Positions 51,911 to 64,000 of a DNA stretch of 64,000 bases are shown here, in pieces. The DNA is from Paraspadella gotoi (Eukaryota > Animalia > Chaetognatha). The stretch is taken from NCBI GenBank assembly GCA_051294375.1, contig CM119266.1, forward strand, positions 23,457,764 to 23,521,763, read 5' to 3'. Numbering within the stretch: position 1 is the stretch's first letter; every line of letters starts with the position of its first letter. The notes below the pieces were generated by a model. The model made no database searches and was not told the origin of the DNA. It worked only from the letters and a program-made list of their open reading frames with translations. A program made the translations under genes and the position numbers.

Positions 51911-54184
51911 CACTTATGCAAGCCATTAGTAAGGTGGACAGCAGAAAAAATTTCATACAGCCTCGCTACCCACCTGTAACCACTACACTATGCAAGCCAT
52001 AGCTAAAGTGGACAGCAGAAAATTTCATACAGCCTCGCTACCCACCCTGTAACACGTACACTATGAAGCCATAGTAAGTGGACAGCAGAAAATTTCCATA
52101 CAGCGCGCTACCCACCTGTAACCACTTACACTAATGAAGCCCATAGTTAGGTGGACAGCAGAAAATTGTCATACAGCCTCGCTACCCACCTGTAACCACT
52201 ACACTATGAAAGTCCATAGTAAGGTGCGACAGGCAGGAAAATTTCATACAGCCTCGCTACCCACCTGTAAACCACTCACACTATGAAGCCAATCAGTTAA
52301 GGTGGACAGCAGAAAATTCATACAGCCTCGCTACCCACCTGCTAACCACTAACACTATGAGCCATAGTAAGGTGGACAGCAGAAAATTCATACAGCCTCG
52401 CTACCCACCTGTTAACCACTACACTATTGAAGCCATAGTAAGGTGGACAGCAAGAAATTTCATACAGCCTCGCTACCCACCTTAACCACTACCACTATGA
52501 AGCCATAGTAAGGTGACAGCAGAAAATTTCATACAGCCTCGCTTACCACCTGTAACCACTACACTATGAAAGCCATAGTAAGGTGGAACAGCAGAAAATT
52601 TCAAACAGACCTCGCTACCCACCTGAACCACTACACTATGAGCCATAGTAAGGTGGACAGCGAGAAAATTTCATACAGCCTCGCTACCCACCTGTAACCA
52701 CTACACTATGAAGCCATAGTAAGGTGGACAGCAGAAAATTTCATTACAGCCTCGCTACCCAACCGAACCACTACCACTATGAAGCCATAGTAAGGTGGAC
52801 AGCAGAAAATTTCATACCCAGCCTCGCTACCACCGTGTAACCACGTACACTATTGAAGCCATATTAAGGTGGACAGCAGAAAAAATTTCAATACAGCTCG
52901 CTACCCCACCTGTAACCACTTACACTATGAAGCCATAGTAAGCGTGGACAGCAGAAAATTTCATAACAGGCCTCGCCTACCCACCTGTAACCACTACACT
53001 ATTGAAGCCAATAAGGTAAGCGTGGACAGCAGAAAATTTCATACAGCCTCGCGTACCCACCTGTAACCACTACATATGAAGCCATAGTAAGGTGGACAGC
53101 CAGAAAATTTCATAACAGCCTCGCTACCCCACCTGTAACCACTACACTAGAAGCCAATAGTAATGGTGACAGCAGAAAAAATTTCATACAGGCCTCGCAC
53201 CCACCTGTAAACCACTACACTATGAAAGGCCATAGTATAAGGTGGACAGGCAGAAAAATTTCATACAGCCTCGTACCCACCTGTAACCACTAACACTATG
53301 AAGCGCATAGTAAGGTGGACAGCAGAAAAGTTCATACAGCCCTCGTACACCTGTAACTAATATGAGCATGTAACGCGTCGGACAGCAGAAAATTTCATAC
53401 AGGCTGTACACATGGTAACATACTATGAAAGCATAGTAAGGTGGACAGAGAAATTTCATACAGCTCGTAACCTGTAACACTACCAAACTATGAGCCATAG
53501 TAGGTGGAAGCAAAATTTCATAAAGCCTCGCTTACCCACTGTAACCTACACTATGAAGCATAGTAAGACGTGGAACAGCAGAAAATTTCATACACTCGCT
53601 ACCACTGTAACCACTTACACTATGAAGCCATCACTAAGGTGACAGCAGAAATACAAGTGCTACATGTAAATAATATGAGATAGTAAGGATGGACAGCAGA
53701 AAATTTCATAAGCCTCGCTACCCACCTGTAACACTACACATGAAGCATCAGTAGGTGGAAGCCACGAAATTTCATACAGCCTGTACCCCTGTAACCACTA
53801 CACTATGCAAGCCATAGTTAAGGTGGACAGCCAGAAATTTTCATACAGCCTCGTACCATGTAACCACTCACACTATCGAAGCATGTAAGGTGAGCAGAAA
53901 TTTCATACAGCCTCGGCTACCCACCTGTAACCACTTACACTACTGAAAGCCATAGTAAGTGGACAGCAGAAATTTCATACAGCCTCGCTACCCACCTGTA
54001 ACCACTACACTATGAAGCCATAGTTAAGGTGGACAGCAGAAAAATTCATACCAGCCGTCGCTACCCATGTAACCACTACATATGAAGGCCATAGTAAGGT
54101 GGACAGCAGAAAAATTTCATAACGAGCCTCGCACCGCACCCGTAACCACTACACGATGAAGCCATAGTAAGGTGGACAGCCAGA
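51911..54184. repeat. Tandem satellite array, 70-bp unit, about 32 copies
   Basis: Consensus ACTACACTATGAAGCCATAGTAAGGTGGACAGCAGAAAATTTCATACAGCCTCGCTACCCACCTGTAACC repeated head to tail, with no unique spacers; units differ mostly by random 1-2 bp indels. Confidence 0.95.
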
Positions 54185-55540
54185 TTCCGCGTATTCTCTA
54201 AATGCATTAAGCACAACACCACTCCATAATTTGGCTTTTCGATTTTATCTATTAGGCAAACAGCTTTATCCTTCCGACTTGTTGATTGAAAAGTATCTGC
54301 GATATACCACTTCATTTCGCTTTGAAGGTATCTTTCAATACTATTATGGTTTTATGTTAGAATGCATATCTAATAATACTGATCATTCCTAAACATGAGT
54401 TCCTAAGATTTTTTTATTCTTCATCTTCTTAAAAAAATATAATACTACAATAATGCAAATTAAGAGTTATAAATAACTCAAAGGTTTTAAATATATGCCA
54501 AAATACAGTCAGAAGAAACATTCTTTATTCTACAAACGTTAAAAATTATTAAGGAAAGGATAACTTACTAAAAAAAATTGCTTCAAAAATTTCCAATTTA
54601 AACAATTGTAACTTTTTTTTCCTTCTTTTATTTCTTTAAAATTAATATATAAATTTTTCCTTCTTATTTTATGCTCAGTACTGCCTCCTTTTCTACCCTT
54701 TAACAAACAAGTCAGCTCTGCAGTGACTAGTTCAGCTGCCTTCCAGCGGCTGTCAGCTATCTCTGTTCTGTCGTTTTCTTTGTCCTCTCTCTCTGTATCC
54801 AGATCTTCTTGGTGATCGTCTTTCTTAACAAAAATTGAAATTTTTTCCTTTTTTAAAAAACTTTTATTATCGGCCATTTACTTTCGCCGATATTTTTCTC
54901 AAGCCAAAAAATCCCAAATTCACATCCGAGATTTTTCAGTGATTCTATTCACTTCTTCCTTCTTCCTCTTTCCAATCTCTAGCTCTCTCTTTTCTCTCTA
55001 TCTTTCCACATCAAACACGCATTGCTTGATCTTTATTTATCGATGATTCGATTCATTGAGTCAATGATATACTATCACGCATCAATAATGACTATCATAC
55101 TTATCAATGACATGATATATCACATCAATGATGACTATCATTGCCAAACCATTTCTATTACTCACACATCACATCAGTCTTGGTACCATCATTAAAATCG
55201 ATCAATGCTTCGTTATCTCATCGGCACACATTATGGTATCATCGCACTCAATATTCGGTTATCAATCGCATCAATTATTTGTTATCATCCGCTCACCAAT
55301 CATATTGGTTAATCATTGAAGAGGCTCGATCCCATTCTTTTATCAGATCTTTTCTCTCTCCGCGTCGTTCTGCTCTCTCTCTCTCTCCTGTTTCTCTCTC
55401 TTTCTCTTTTCTTTCTCTCTATGATGTATTCCGAAAAGCCAGAGCTTAAGTTTCGAATCTCTCCTTCTCTCTCTACTCTCTCTCTCTCTCATCTACTCTT
55501 TTTTTTTTCTTTTCTTTTTCCTCTCTCCCTCTTCTTCTTC

Positions 55541-55597
<57 letters not shown>

Positions 55598-56369
55598 CTG
55601 ATTAGTCAAGAAACGAGCGCAGCGGCCTGATAGTTACGCCATCTCTTATCTCTCTCTCTCTCTTTCTCTCTTCTCTCTATCTCTCTCCTCTCTCTCGTCT
55701 TTTTCTTCTCTCTTCTTTTTCTCTCTCTCTCTCTTTCGTCGCCTTCCGCAACTTCTTAGTTAATTTATATAGGAAAATAAAAATTTCCGGATTACATAAA
55801 CTAGTCTTAAACTTGCAAGTCAGATTTCTTATCTTATAAAACGAAAAACCGCAAAAAACCGCAACAGGGGGTATGTCTCAGGACACACCCCAGCCATTGA
55901 ATGGCCTTGAAGTTAAATTTCGATGATCCCTAAATATCCCGACAACTTAAAGCTGAACATTAAGGAAAATCCTGGAGGCTCATTTCATTCTAAATCACTT
56001 TGCCCAACCTTCAATGCCCACTGTATTGGCAACTTTCATTCTACAAATTAATAAAAAATAATATCGGTCAAAAGAAAACCTTTAGCCGAAGAGCTTTGAT
56101 TGATTATTAAAAATATATGTTTTAATAAAAATTAGTTATTTCTTGACTGAATATAATGTTGTGTAACCAAACCAGCAATCAAAATTCAATTTGGCATCGC
56201 AAAGACCTCATGAAAATCAATAATCCGTACTAAGGACAAAAAAACGATAAACTTTAATAGAATGGCCAAAGGAATTGTAAAGACAAGATATTGTCAAAAA
56301 TCAATAGAAACGGCTAAAGTTGATGACATGACTTTTCCACGGTGTGGATACACTGTCGCGGGGGGATTG

Positions 56370-56790
56370 AATGGCGCCCGTCGGCCCGCGGCTGCTGCAC
56401 GCGGCCTACTGCGCTGCCGAAGCAGCTCCGACCGCACTGCGAGGCGCGGCTGCCGCGGCGAACCAACAACAAGGACATGAAATGTTGAATTTGTTTGTTG
56501 CCAAACACAGGGAAAACACGAGAAACGCACGCATAGTTTCTTTCTCCTTTTCTTTCGTCTCGCCATTTTTTCTCCTTTTCTTTTTCTGCGGCTCGGGATT
56601 TTTTTTTTGCTCTCTTTCTATTTGTCGGAGTTATGAGAGAGAAGTAGGAGAAAAGAGAGAGACGCAGAGGAAAATAAAGAGAACTCCGAAAATTGTAGAA
56701 AATTAGAATTCCGTGAAACGGTTGCAAAAGAGAATTCTACGAGGAGAGTCGACCCGATTAAAAAGAGAAGCTTACCAGTAAAACAATATT
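56370..56790 (-). repeat. Inverted copy of about 49570-49976
   Basis: gcgcccgtcggcc...gaggagagtcgaccc is the reverse complement of gggtcgactctcctc...ggccgacgggcgc. Confidence 0.85.
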
Positions 56791-57031
56791 TCATTATCTC
56801 CTCTCTTTTTTNNNNNNNNNNNNNNNNNNNNNNNNNTCGGAGGATTAAAGAAATGAGAAACGTGAGAGGGTTTGACTCGATGGAAAGTTTTAAAGTGTGA
56901 AAGTAAATCTGTGATAGAAAAAAACAACTGGAAATGTATCGTCGAATTATTATTAAATTTTACTCTTTGCTTCTATCTTCATTTTTATATCCTATGCCTT
57001 ATATTTCCCTATTTTTCCTTCTTCCGTTTCG

Positions 57032-57068
<37 letters not shown>

Positions 57069-57699
57069 AGAGCGTACGGAGCAAATGAGGAGGAAGAAGA
57101 GAACGAAAAAAAGGAAAGAGAAAGAAATGAGAGGAGAGAAGAGAGAATGGAAGGAGAGGAAAGAAACGACAGAGAGAGAAAAAGAAATGGGAGAGAGAGA
57201 GAGAGAAGGAGAAAGAGGAGAAGAGGAAGACGTGAAACGGAGAGGAGAAGGGAAAAAATAGGGAGAATAACTAGAAAGGAAAACATAGAGATAAAAATGA
57301 AGAGTAGAAGCAAAAAGAGTAAGAATTTACCTATAAATAAATTCGACGGATACATCCCAGGTTTGAGTTTTTCTATAACACCTAGATTTTCACTTTCACA
57401 CTTTAAAATCCATATAAGAGTCAACACCTCCCTTTCTCTACGTTATTTTTCTGCATTAATATTAATTGCCTCCATCTCCAAAAACTATTTCCATACACCT
57501 AATAGGCCGAATCATGACAACTATCTAAGTAAACCCTCCAAATTCCAATGCATTCCGAGTGAACCTTCCGCCGCGCCTATATTTTTATAATATGCTCCAA
57601 CACCCTCACACTGGCGTTGTGGGATAATTCCCGTATCAAAATATCCAGATGTGTGTATAGAGACATAAAATCTAAAAAGAAAATAGAAGTTCGTAGTCA

Positions 57700-58309
57700 T
57701 TTAGAGTCATCAATTTTTCATCTCTTGTGTCGCCCAGGCGGAACGAAGCGACCACTTTCTCAAAACATATACACATACTTAATGTCCTCTTAACCTCCTC
57801 ACCGAAAAAATAAAGCAAACGTAAAGTCTACACAACACTAAATATGACCAACGTTACACACAGTTTAAAAAAAAATAATGTATAGAAATCACTCGACTGT
57901 AAATCATTACCTAGAAATAGAGTAATCTGATATTACGATAATGAAAGGGCGTCTTTTAGAATGTTCGTCCTTCACTGTTTTAGGAATTGTGTTTATCTTA
58001 ATCTGGACAACTATAACACACAATCACAGTCCCTCCGCATCCTCCTTTTAAACACTCCGCAACCACAGCCACTCTTCTGCTCCCTCTTCTCCCCTACTCC
58101 CCCTCTTCCCTCCCTTCCGTCCCATCCAATCCCCCCCGCGAAAAGCGAAATCCGCGATGTATTAAAGAAGAGAATACGGAAAATTCCAGGCTGGTGCCCC
58201 AAACAAGTTATGTGAATATTTTGAGATCTGGACGTTGAATGGGAAACGGAAAACTCTGCTCTTTTCTACAAGTATGGAAACTGAACTCTCTCTCTCTCTT
58301 CTCTCTCCG

Positions 58310-58341
<32 letters not shown>

Positions 58342-59470
58342 CTGCTTTTTTGTAAGATTTGTTTTCGTTGTGATCGTAAGTTTTTGTTTCGACCACGACA
58401 AATTAGTACACCAGAAGGGTGTAGCTCGTAATACCTCTGTATAGACATATTTCATGTAATTATTACCTCTCTCTATGGTTATAATTACATAACGCGTTAA
58501 CATGAAACTCTTATCGGCTTATTCACTGTACCATTGTTTACATGCAACTTGTTGTTAAAATACTTTTAGGGCAAAACGACAGTGTGCTACTTAATATAGC
58601 ACCGAATTGGCTGTTTATAAAGTATCGGTCTTTATTTTTTGTTAAGTGAAGAAAGTTGAGGGAATAGGATTCGCATGTCAAACTTAGGGGAATACTAATA
58701 AGCGATGAGTATCGATGGTCCGCAAAACATAGGATATCGTGAACATTGGTGGTCCTACTTTCCTGTAAATCCCATTGATTAAAATAAATGATCATTGACA
58801 ATTAATTACAAAAACATAGTAACTATAATAAATTACAATAAATTAAAGTAAAAAAAGATATGACATTAATATAAATTAAAATAATTAAGTAATCACACTT
58901 GTTGAACGTAATGTCTGCTTTTTTTAAATACGAGAGGAAGATTTAAAAAAAAAACCTAATTCACATATTAAGTTGTATTATAAATTTGCATAACATATTA
59001 TTAATAACAATAGAAAGAAATACAATATTCAAAAATCACAAAATACAAAAAATCTCTACTACAATACAAACAATCATCATACTCATACAGTGCTCATCTC
59101 TCTCTCTTCTTACTCTCTCTCCTCTATCTCCTCTCTCTTCTTCAACCCTTTTAACTTTAACGCCGAGTTGTCCCTTCAAATCTCTTATCTCTTCTGGCTT
59201 TTAGTTTCTTTTAACCATTTGGCATTTCCATTTAGTTCCAATTTACCTAACATATTCGGCCATAGTCTTCTCTCATTGTCAAACTTTCTCTACATAATTC
59301 TGCCCATCACTCTGCAACCTGTTTGGTCTCTTTTACTTTGACCAATTCCTCTCACATCCCAGCCCCAAATACAGACACACTTCACCCACCCCCCAACCGA
59401 ATTCTTTTCCTTTCCCTATTTCTTAATAATTATCGTTTTTCCTTTCGAGTTCCCTTCGCGCCGCCGGGCG
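57700..59470 (+). repeat. Noisy direct copy of about 50510-51910
   Basis: Shared anchors tcactcgactgtaaatc, aattagtacaccagaagggtgtagctc, atcccagcccca and cttcgcgccg; extra unrelated sequence near 58690-59090. Confidence 0.8.
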
Positions 59471-59690
59471 GATTCCCGGCGTGATTCTTGGAAATGCCGC
59501 CCAACTCGGGCCGGCTCGTGCACTGACCGACGCGGAACNNNNNNNNNNNNNNNNNNNNNNNNNTCTCTCTCTCTGTCCACCCTCTCCATCTCCCTCTCCT
59601 CCTTTCCCCAGAGACGGCCTCTCCGTTTCTTTCGCGGCGGAGAAAAATTGGTCTGCGACGAGGCGAGGTTTTTATGGCATGAGAATGTTT

Positions 59691-59768
59691 TGACTGGGTG
59701 GAGGGAACAGGGGAAGGGGGAAAGCCATATGACTGGGTGGAGGGAACAGGGGAAGGGGGGAAGCCATA
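59691..59768 (+). repeat. Two tandem 39-bp G-rich units, each with a G-quadruplex motif
   Basis: TGACTGGGTGGAGGGAACAGGGGAAGGGGG(A/G)AAGCCATA x2; four G-runs of 3 or more per unit. Confidence 0.75.
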
Positions 59769-60867
59769 CGGGGTCGGGGGGTTTGTTTAAATGGTAAAGA
59801 ATGAGGGTGAGCGGAATTGAAGAAGATGGAAGGAAGAAATAGTCAAGGAAAGATCGAAAAACTGAAAATTTGGCGTGGTACTAATCCAATCACTGGCATT
59901 TTCTTAAAATAAAAATTAATTTTTTTCTCCAGTTTTTTTTAAAACCTATAAGGCTATAGTATAGGAAAAAAGAAAAAAACGTAAAAAAAACCCCCAATTT
60001 TCAAATTTAGTATTAAATCTTTTGTAATTCCTAAATTCTCCCATTACCATCGACATGTAAAAATTATTTTTAAGTTTAACTGGAGAAAAAAACTGGATTC
60101 GAAAAATGAAAACCAACGGAGCAGGATTAACTTTTGAAGATAATAACAGCATAAAGGCCTCCTCTGTAAAAGAGCTACAACAGTTAAATAGTCCAACCTT
60201 AAAGTCATTTACCGCTTCCCCTTTATGAAAATGACTGGGAAAACTGAGCAAGAGAAATCCCTCCGTTGCCAGGACATGACGTAAACATTTGACGCTTCAA
60301 AACTCTCGCAGGGAAGGTTCTGTCTGTCATTATCTTCTATTTATAACTCTTCACGGTTTCTGAATGAAAACGCAACTGAAAAAATCACATTCGTGGACAT
60401 CGTGACAAATGCGGAAGGGAGACATGACAGCGAGATGTCCCTCGATCTTGTGGAATTTGCCGATGATACATCCCCTTATGAAGGAAGGCAGAAACAAACA
60501 AGAGGCGAGGTCTCGTGGGCTGGGTTCATGGGCGGGGTGAACGGGGCAAAAGGTCTGAGATATTTCGGTGGCTTTGGACACGGTTGAAACTTAAAACGTA
60601 TTAATGATGAATATGATAAATTTAAGAATAATTTGGAATTGAACCAAGGAGCTAATCTTGTAAATTCGTAAACGCAACAAAAGCTAAACTTTTCCGGATT
60701 TTGGTCAGACATTGTATAGAAATAATTAGAAAAATTTAGGGCAACTTTCAATGTCCAGCATTGGAAACAGTTGGAGAAACTAAAAGAGCTACATTGAGAC
60801 AATCTTTCGTCGAAATTATACAATTTTCAGACTCTTTAATACTGCGGTTTAATACTGCATGAATTAG

Positions 60868-61101
60868 ACGTTCACGGGGACGACGGCCAACACCTTCTTC
60901 GAGACGGGCGAGAATTCTTTGGCGATCTGCTTGGGGCGCGCCGACATCGTCTTGGGCATCTTATTCGTTCCAGGATTCGGCGTCGGCATCGCCTCCATCG
61001 TTTGCGGCGCTTTGGCGATCCGATACTCGAAGAAGGAGACAACCAGGGTCGATCAGGAAGAGTTCTTTGGGTTGAGACCGATTGCTAGTCAAAGAAAGTA
61101 G
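60868..61101 (+). CDS. Candidate terminal exon of a single-pass membrane protein (unknown)
   Basis: ttag|ACG TTC...AAG TAG = TFTGTTANTFFETGENSLAICLGRADIVLGILFVPGFGVGIASIVCGALAIRYSKKETTRVDQEEFFGLRPIASQRK*. Hydrophobic stretch followed by RYSKK; GC-rich third positions in AT-rich flanks. No recognised family. Confidence 0.35.
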   Translation, partial: TFTGTTANTFFETGENSLAICLGRADIVLGILFVPGFGVGIASIVCGALAIRYSKKETTRVDQEEFFGLRPIASQRK

Positions 61102-62530
61102 AACGTAATGCATAGTCATAGATAGAGAAAAAGTATTTCGTTTTGAAGGGTTTTTTTTTTTTGTTCAATTTCATCACAAACGATGGAGCTTTACGTTTTA
61201 TAAAATTAGCCTCCAATTTCCGAGTTTTATTTCAACAGGTTCGACGCCATACATAATGAAAAAGATAAATGATATCATAATTAATATTAGATTAGAATAT
61301 TGGAATAGATAAATAATATATCATTCATGGTTAAGGTTTTTATAAAAATTAGAATTCGGGGAAGAAGAGGTATTATTTTTTCTACGAGAAAGAAAAATTG
61401 TAAATTACGACAAATTTTGAAAGGAGCCTTAATCCGTTTAGTTTTCCCTAACCCTGCAAGGCGCGTGGTCGACGGTTCCTTTAATCCCCCCTCCCTTTCT
61501 ATTATTTCCCTCTCCCCACTCGACTCACCTCCGCGGAACTGTCTTCTCGGTCTCCACTCGTCTTCTCTCAGCCCCCAACCCGGCTCCCCCCTAATTTTTT
61601 TTTTATCTCCGACTCCTGAACCCCGAAAAATTCTACCGTCGCCCGCCGACGAGAGATGAGTGAGTTGCGATGCGAGGAGAGAGTGGCGAAAGGACCGACT
61701 GAGGAGAGAGATAATCTGATTCTTGGAAAAATGAGGTTTCATTTAGATACTCTTAAATTTCAATTTGGTTTAAAATGTCTCTCTCTTTCTCTCTCTCCTC
61801 TCTCTCTCTCTCCCCTCTCTCTCTCTTCTTCTCTCTCTCTCATCTCTCTCTCCTCTCCCTCTCGTCCTCTGGCATTTTCTTCTCTCCAGACCACCGAGGC
61901 GTTCCCCCCCAACGCCGCGGGGTTCCACTTTGGCGTCTCCACTTTTTTTTGGAAACCAAATTTACTTTTTCCCTTACCCCGTCTACGTGGACCACGGGGA
62001 ACAGCACCCTTTTTGACAAATTCCGCCTAAAAAAAAAAAGAATGGGAAATTGGAGAAGAAAAAAAATTTTCTTTTTTTATTTAAAAAAAAGAGGAGTGAT
62101 CCATTGCCTAGTACCTTTTATTTTTGTTTTTTTCCCTAGAGTTCATTTTTTTTTTACCTGAAAAGGAAAAAAAAATAAAAGGAAAAAAAGAATTTTTGGA
62201 AGGAGATACAAGGTTCGGAAGAGGAAAGAAGAGGAAGAGGGAAAAGAATCGGACTGATCCCAACTACCCCCCGCATTTGTCGAGTTGTGACTCATGTCTC
62301 GTTTATGCTGAACTTAATCTATATGAGGTATTGAAGAACGAAGAAGATAGACTCCTGAATAGAGTGTAGTTGTATTTCTTTAGTGATATCGAGTGAGACA
62401 AACAAAATTATTGAGAAAACAATTATGTGACAAATGACTATCAACAATAGGCAAAGATGCCATGTTTTTTAAAGAGCGAGAATGGCAACGTGAAACCTAT
62501 GCTCTTTTCCTGCTCTTTTTCCAATTGGGA

Positions 62531-62585
<55 letters not shown>

Positions 62586-62838
62586 GCTTCTGTCTACATT
62601 CTATACTGCAATCCTCCTCTCTTCGCAGAACCGCAGGCGAACGCAGAAATTCGTAGGCATAAGTTATGTCTCCGTCAACAGGCCAGACGCTCCCCCCTCT
62701 TCTCTCGGCTGTCTTCTTTTCTCTCTACTTTTTCTCGACGTCCGTAAGTGGCCCGGTGCTAGCATCTGCGAAGCCCGGAGCGATTATTTTAAAGCGTAGC
62801 CGAAAATTGTGTCGCCATCCATCTGTCGTGCGTGCTTA

Positions 62839-62850
62839 CGCCACCTAGTG
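62839..62850 (+). promoter_or_regulatory. CTCF-like motif
   Basis: CGCCACCTAGTG matches the CTCF core CGCCMYCTRGTGG at 12 of 13 positions. Confidence 0.3.
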
Positions 62851-64000
62851 ATGGCGACGGTTGAACGGATAAACTCACGCAGTACGAGTAGTATGGAATC
62901 CAGAAAGTGAAGAAGCGGTATGAGAGAAAATAGAAATGAAGATGAATCAAGAAGGAAAAGATTATAGTTATAGAATTTCATCCAAGGCGATCCCTCTTCT
63001 CTTGTCTTTCTCGGAGAAGAAGTCGTCAATAAAGATTAAAGAACAAAAAACTCTGCTCACTCTCCCCTTCTGCTGTCTCCTCTCTCTCTCCTCCTCTCTC
63101 GTCTCTCTCCCTGCTCTCCTCCCTCCTCCTCCTTCTCCTCTTCTGCTCCTCCTCTTCTGATCTTCTCTCTCTCATATGAGATGGCGATGGAAAACGGGTT
63201 TTTAATGAAAAGATGGTTTTGAAGAAGAAGCACATAATAAGGAAAAGTCGTTTTAAAAGAGTTAAATAAGTTAAGAATCAAAGATATGAAGAAGATGGGA
63301 GAGGAGAGAGAAGAGAGAAGAGAAGGAGAAGAAGAGAGAGAGAGGGAGAGAGAGAGAGAGGAGAGGGGAGAGGAGAAAAAGAGAAGAAAGGAGGAGGGGA
63401 TATGAAAGCGGAAAGGAGTGAAGGGAGAGTGAGAGAGAGGAGAACGACGAGAGGAGAGAGGAGAGAGAGAGAGAAGAATAGTGCTCTGAGAAGATGGCTT
63501 CCTAAAAATATCGGATAGCAAGAAAAAATTCAAGGTTTAGCAGACAAGTCTAATGTCTTGCTATAAAAATGTGAATTGATAAAAGGACAGTAAAATCGTT
63601 TTTCTCAAAATTCAGAAGTCTCTCAAATGGCGAAGTGTCTTTCCTAGCGACGAATTCTATTTCGTCCCTTCAAGGCGACGAAATTGCCGTGTCCTCAAGG
63701 AATGATAGCGGTTAGTGTTCAAAATGTCTTCCTTGAGAGATGAGGAAAGCAATGAGGAAGACGAGAGAAGAAAGCTGCGAGGAATCGAGATGGCAGAACC
63801 GGAAAATGGCCAATTCGATTTGGCCTGAAACGGAAGGCCGGTTATAATATTAGATGAATGANNNNNNNNNNNNNNNNNNNNNNNNNACAAACCCTATCAT
63901 CCTTGAGGACACGGAATTTCGTCGCTGAGGGAGAAAAGAATTCGTCGCTAAGGAAGCAAAACTTCGCCATTGAGAAACTGAATTTGAGAAAACGATCAAT

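Noticed and set aside
51911-54184. 70-bp array as a CRISPR array or tandem hammerhead ribozymes
   Set aside because: No unique spacers, no cas genes, eukaryotic context. The hammerhead core CUGANGA...GAAA is absent; the nearest is CTGTATGA on the minus strand, without the required stems.
54539-54877. 112-aa charged ORF on the minus strand
   Set aside because: No recognisable domain or convincing splice signals; low-complexity purine-rich composition.
62970-62995. SPWMK on the minus strand as the Antp hexapeptide exon
   Set aside because: Not YPWM/FPWM, no suitable phase-1 donor right after it, and the surrounding frame is not Hox-like.
63595-64000. Inverted repeat at the window end as a MITE
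   Set aside because: The second arm starts exactly at a 25-N gap and differs by indels, like the other fold-back artefacts.

Overview
Eukaryotic (invertebrate-like, AT-rich, CpG not depleted, dense (GA/CT)n and (CGA)n microsatellites) draft-assembly window covering part of a Hox cluster. The only confidently identified protein-coding sequence is the 3' part of an Antennapedia/Hox7-class gene on the minus strand: a homeobox exon (40726-40898) and a terminal exon (40348-40506), separated by an unusual phase-0 intron between homeodomain residues 57 and 58. A miR-10-family hairpin (seed ACCCUGU) lies at 23495-23576 (+), with an inverted copy at 28542-28621. Once the redundant blocks are collapsed it maps about 8.7 kb downstream of Antp and in the same orientation. 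Roughly 25 kb of the window is redundant: direct and fold-back inverted copies differing by 1-bp indels, often abutting exact 25-N gaps. This points to noisy long-read gap filling and/or amplification chimeras, so the second, frameshifted Antp copy (46105-46694) is probably not a real paralog. Other items: a 70-bp satellite array (about 32 units), a 36-bp minisatellite, a same-strand CATAAAC motif cluster, a candidate poly-Ala/Gln exon, a candidate single-pass membrane protein exon and CTCF-like motifs. Almost all entries in the ORF track are microsatellite translations. No database searches were possible; family assignments rest on recognised motifs.
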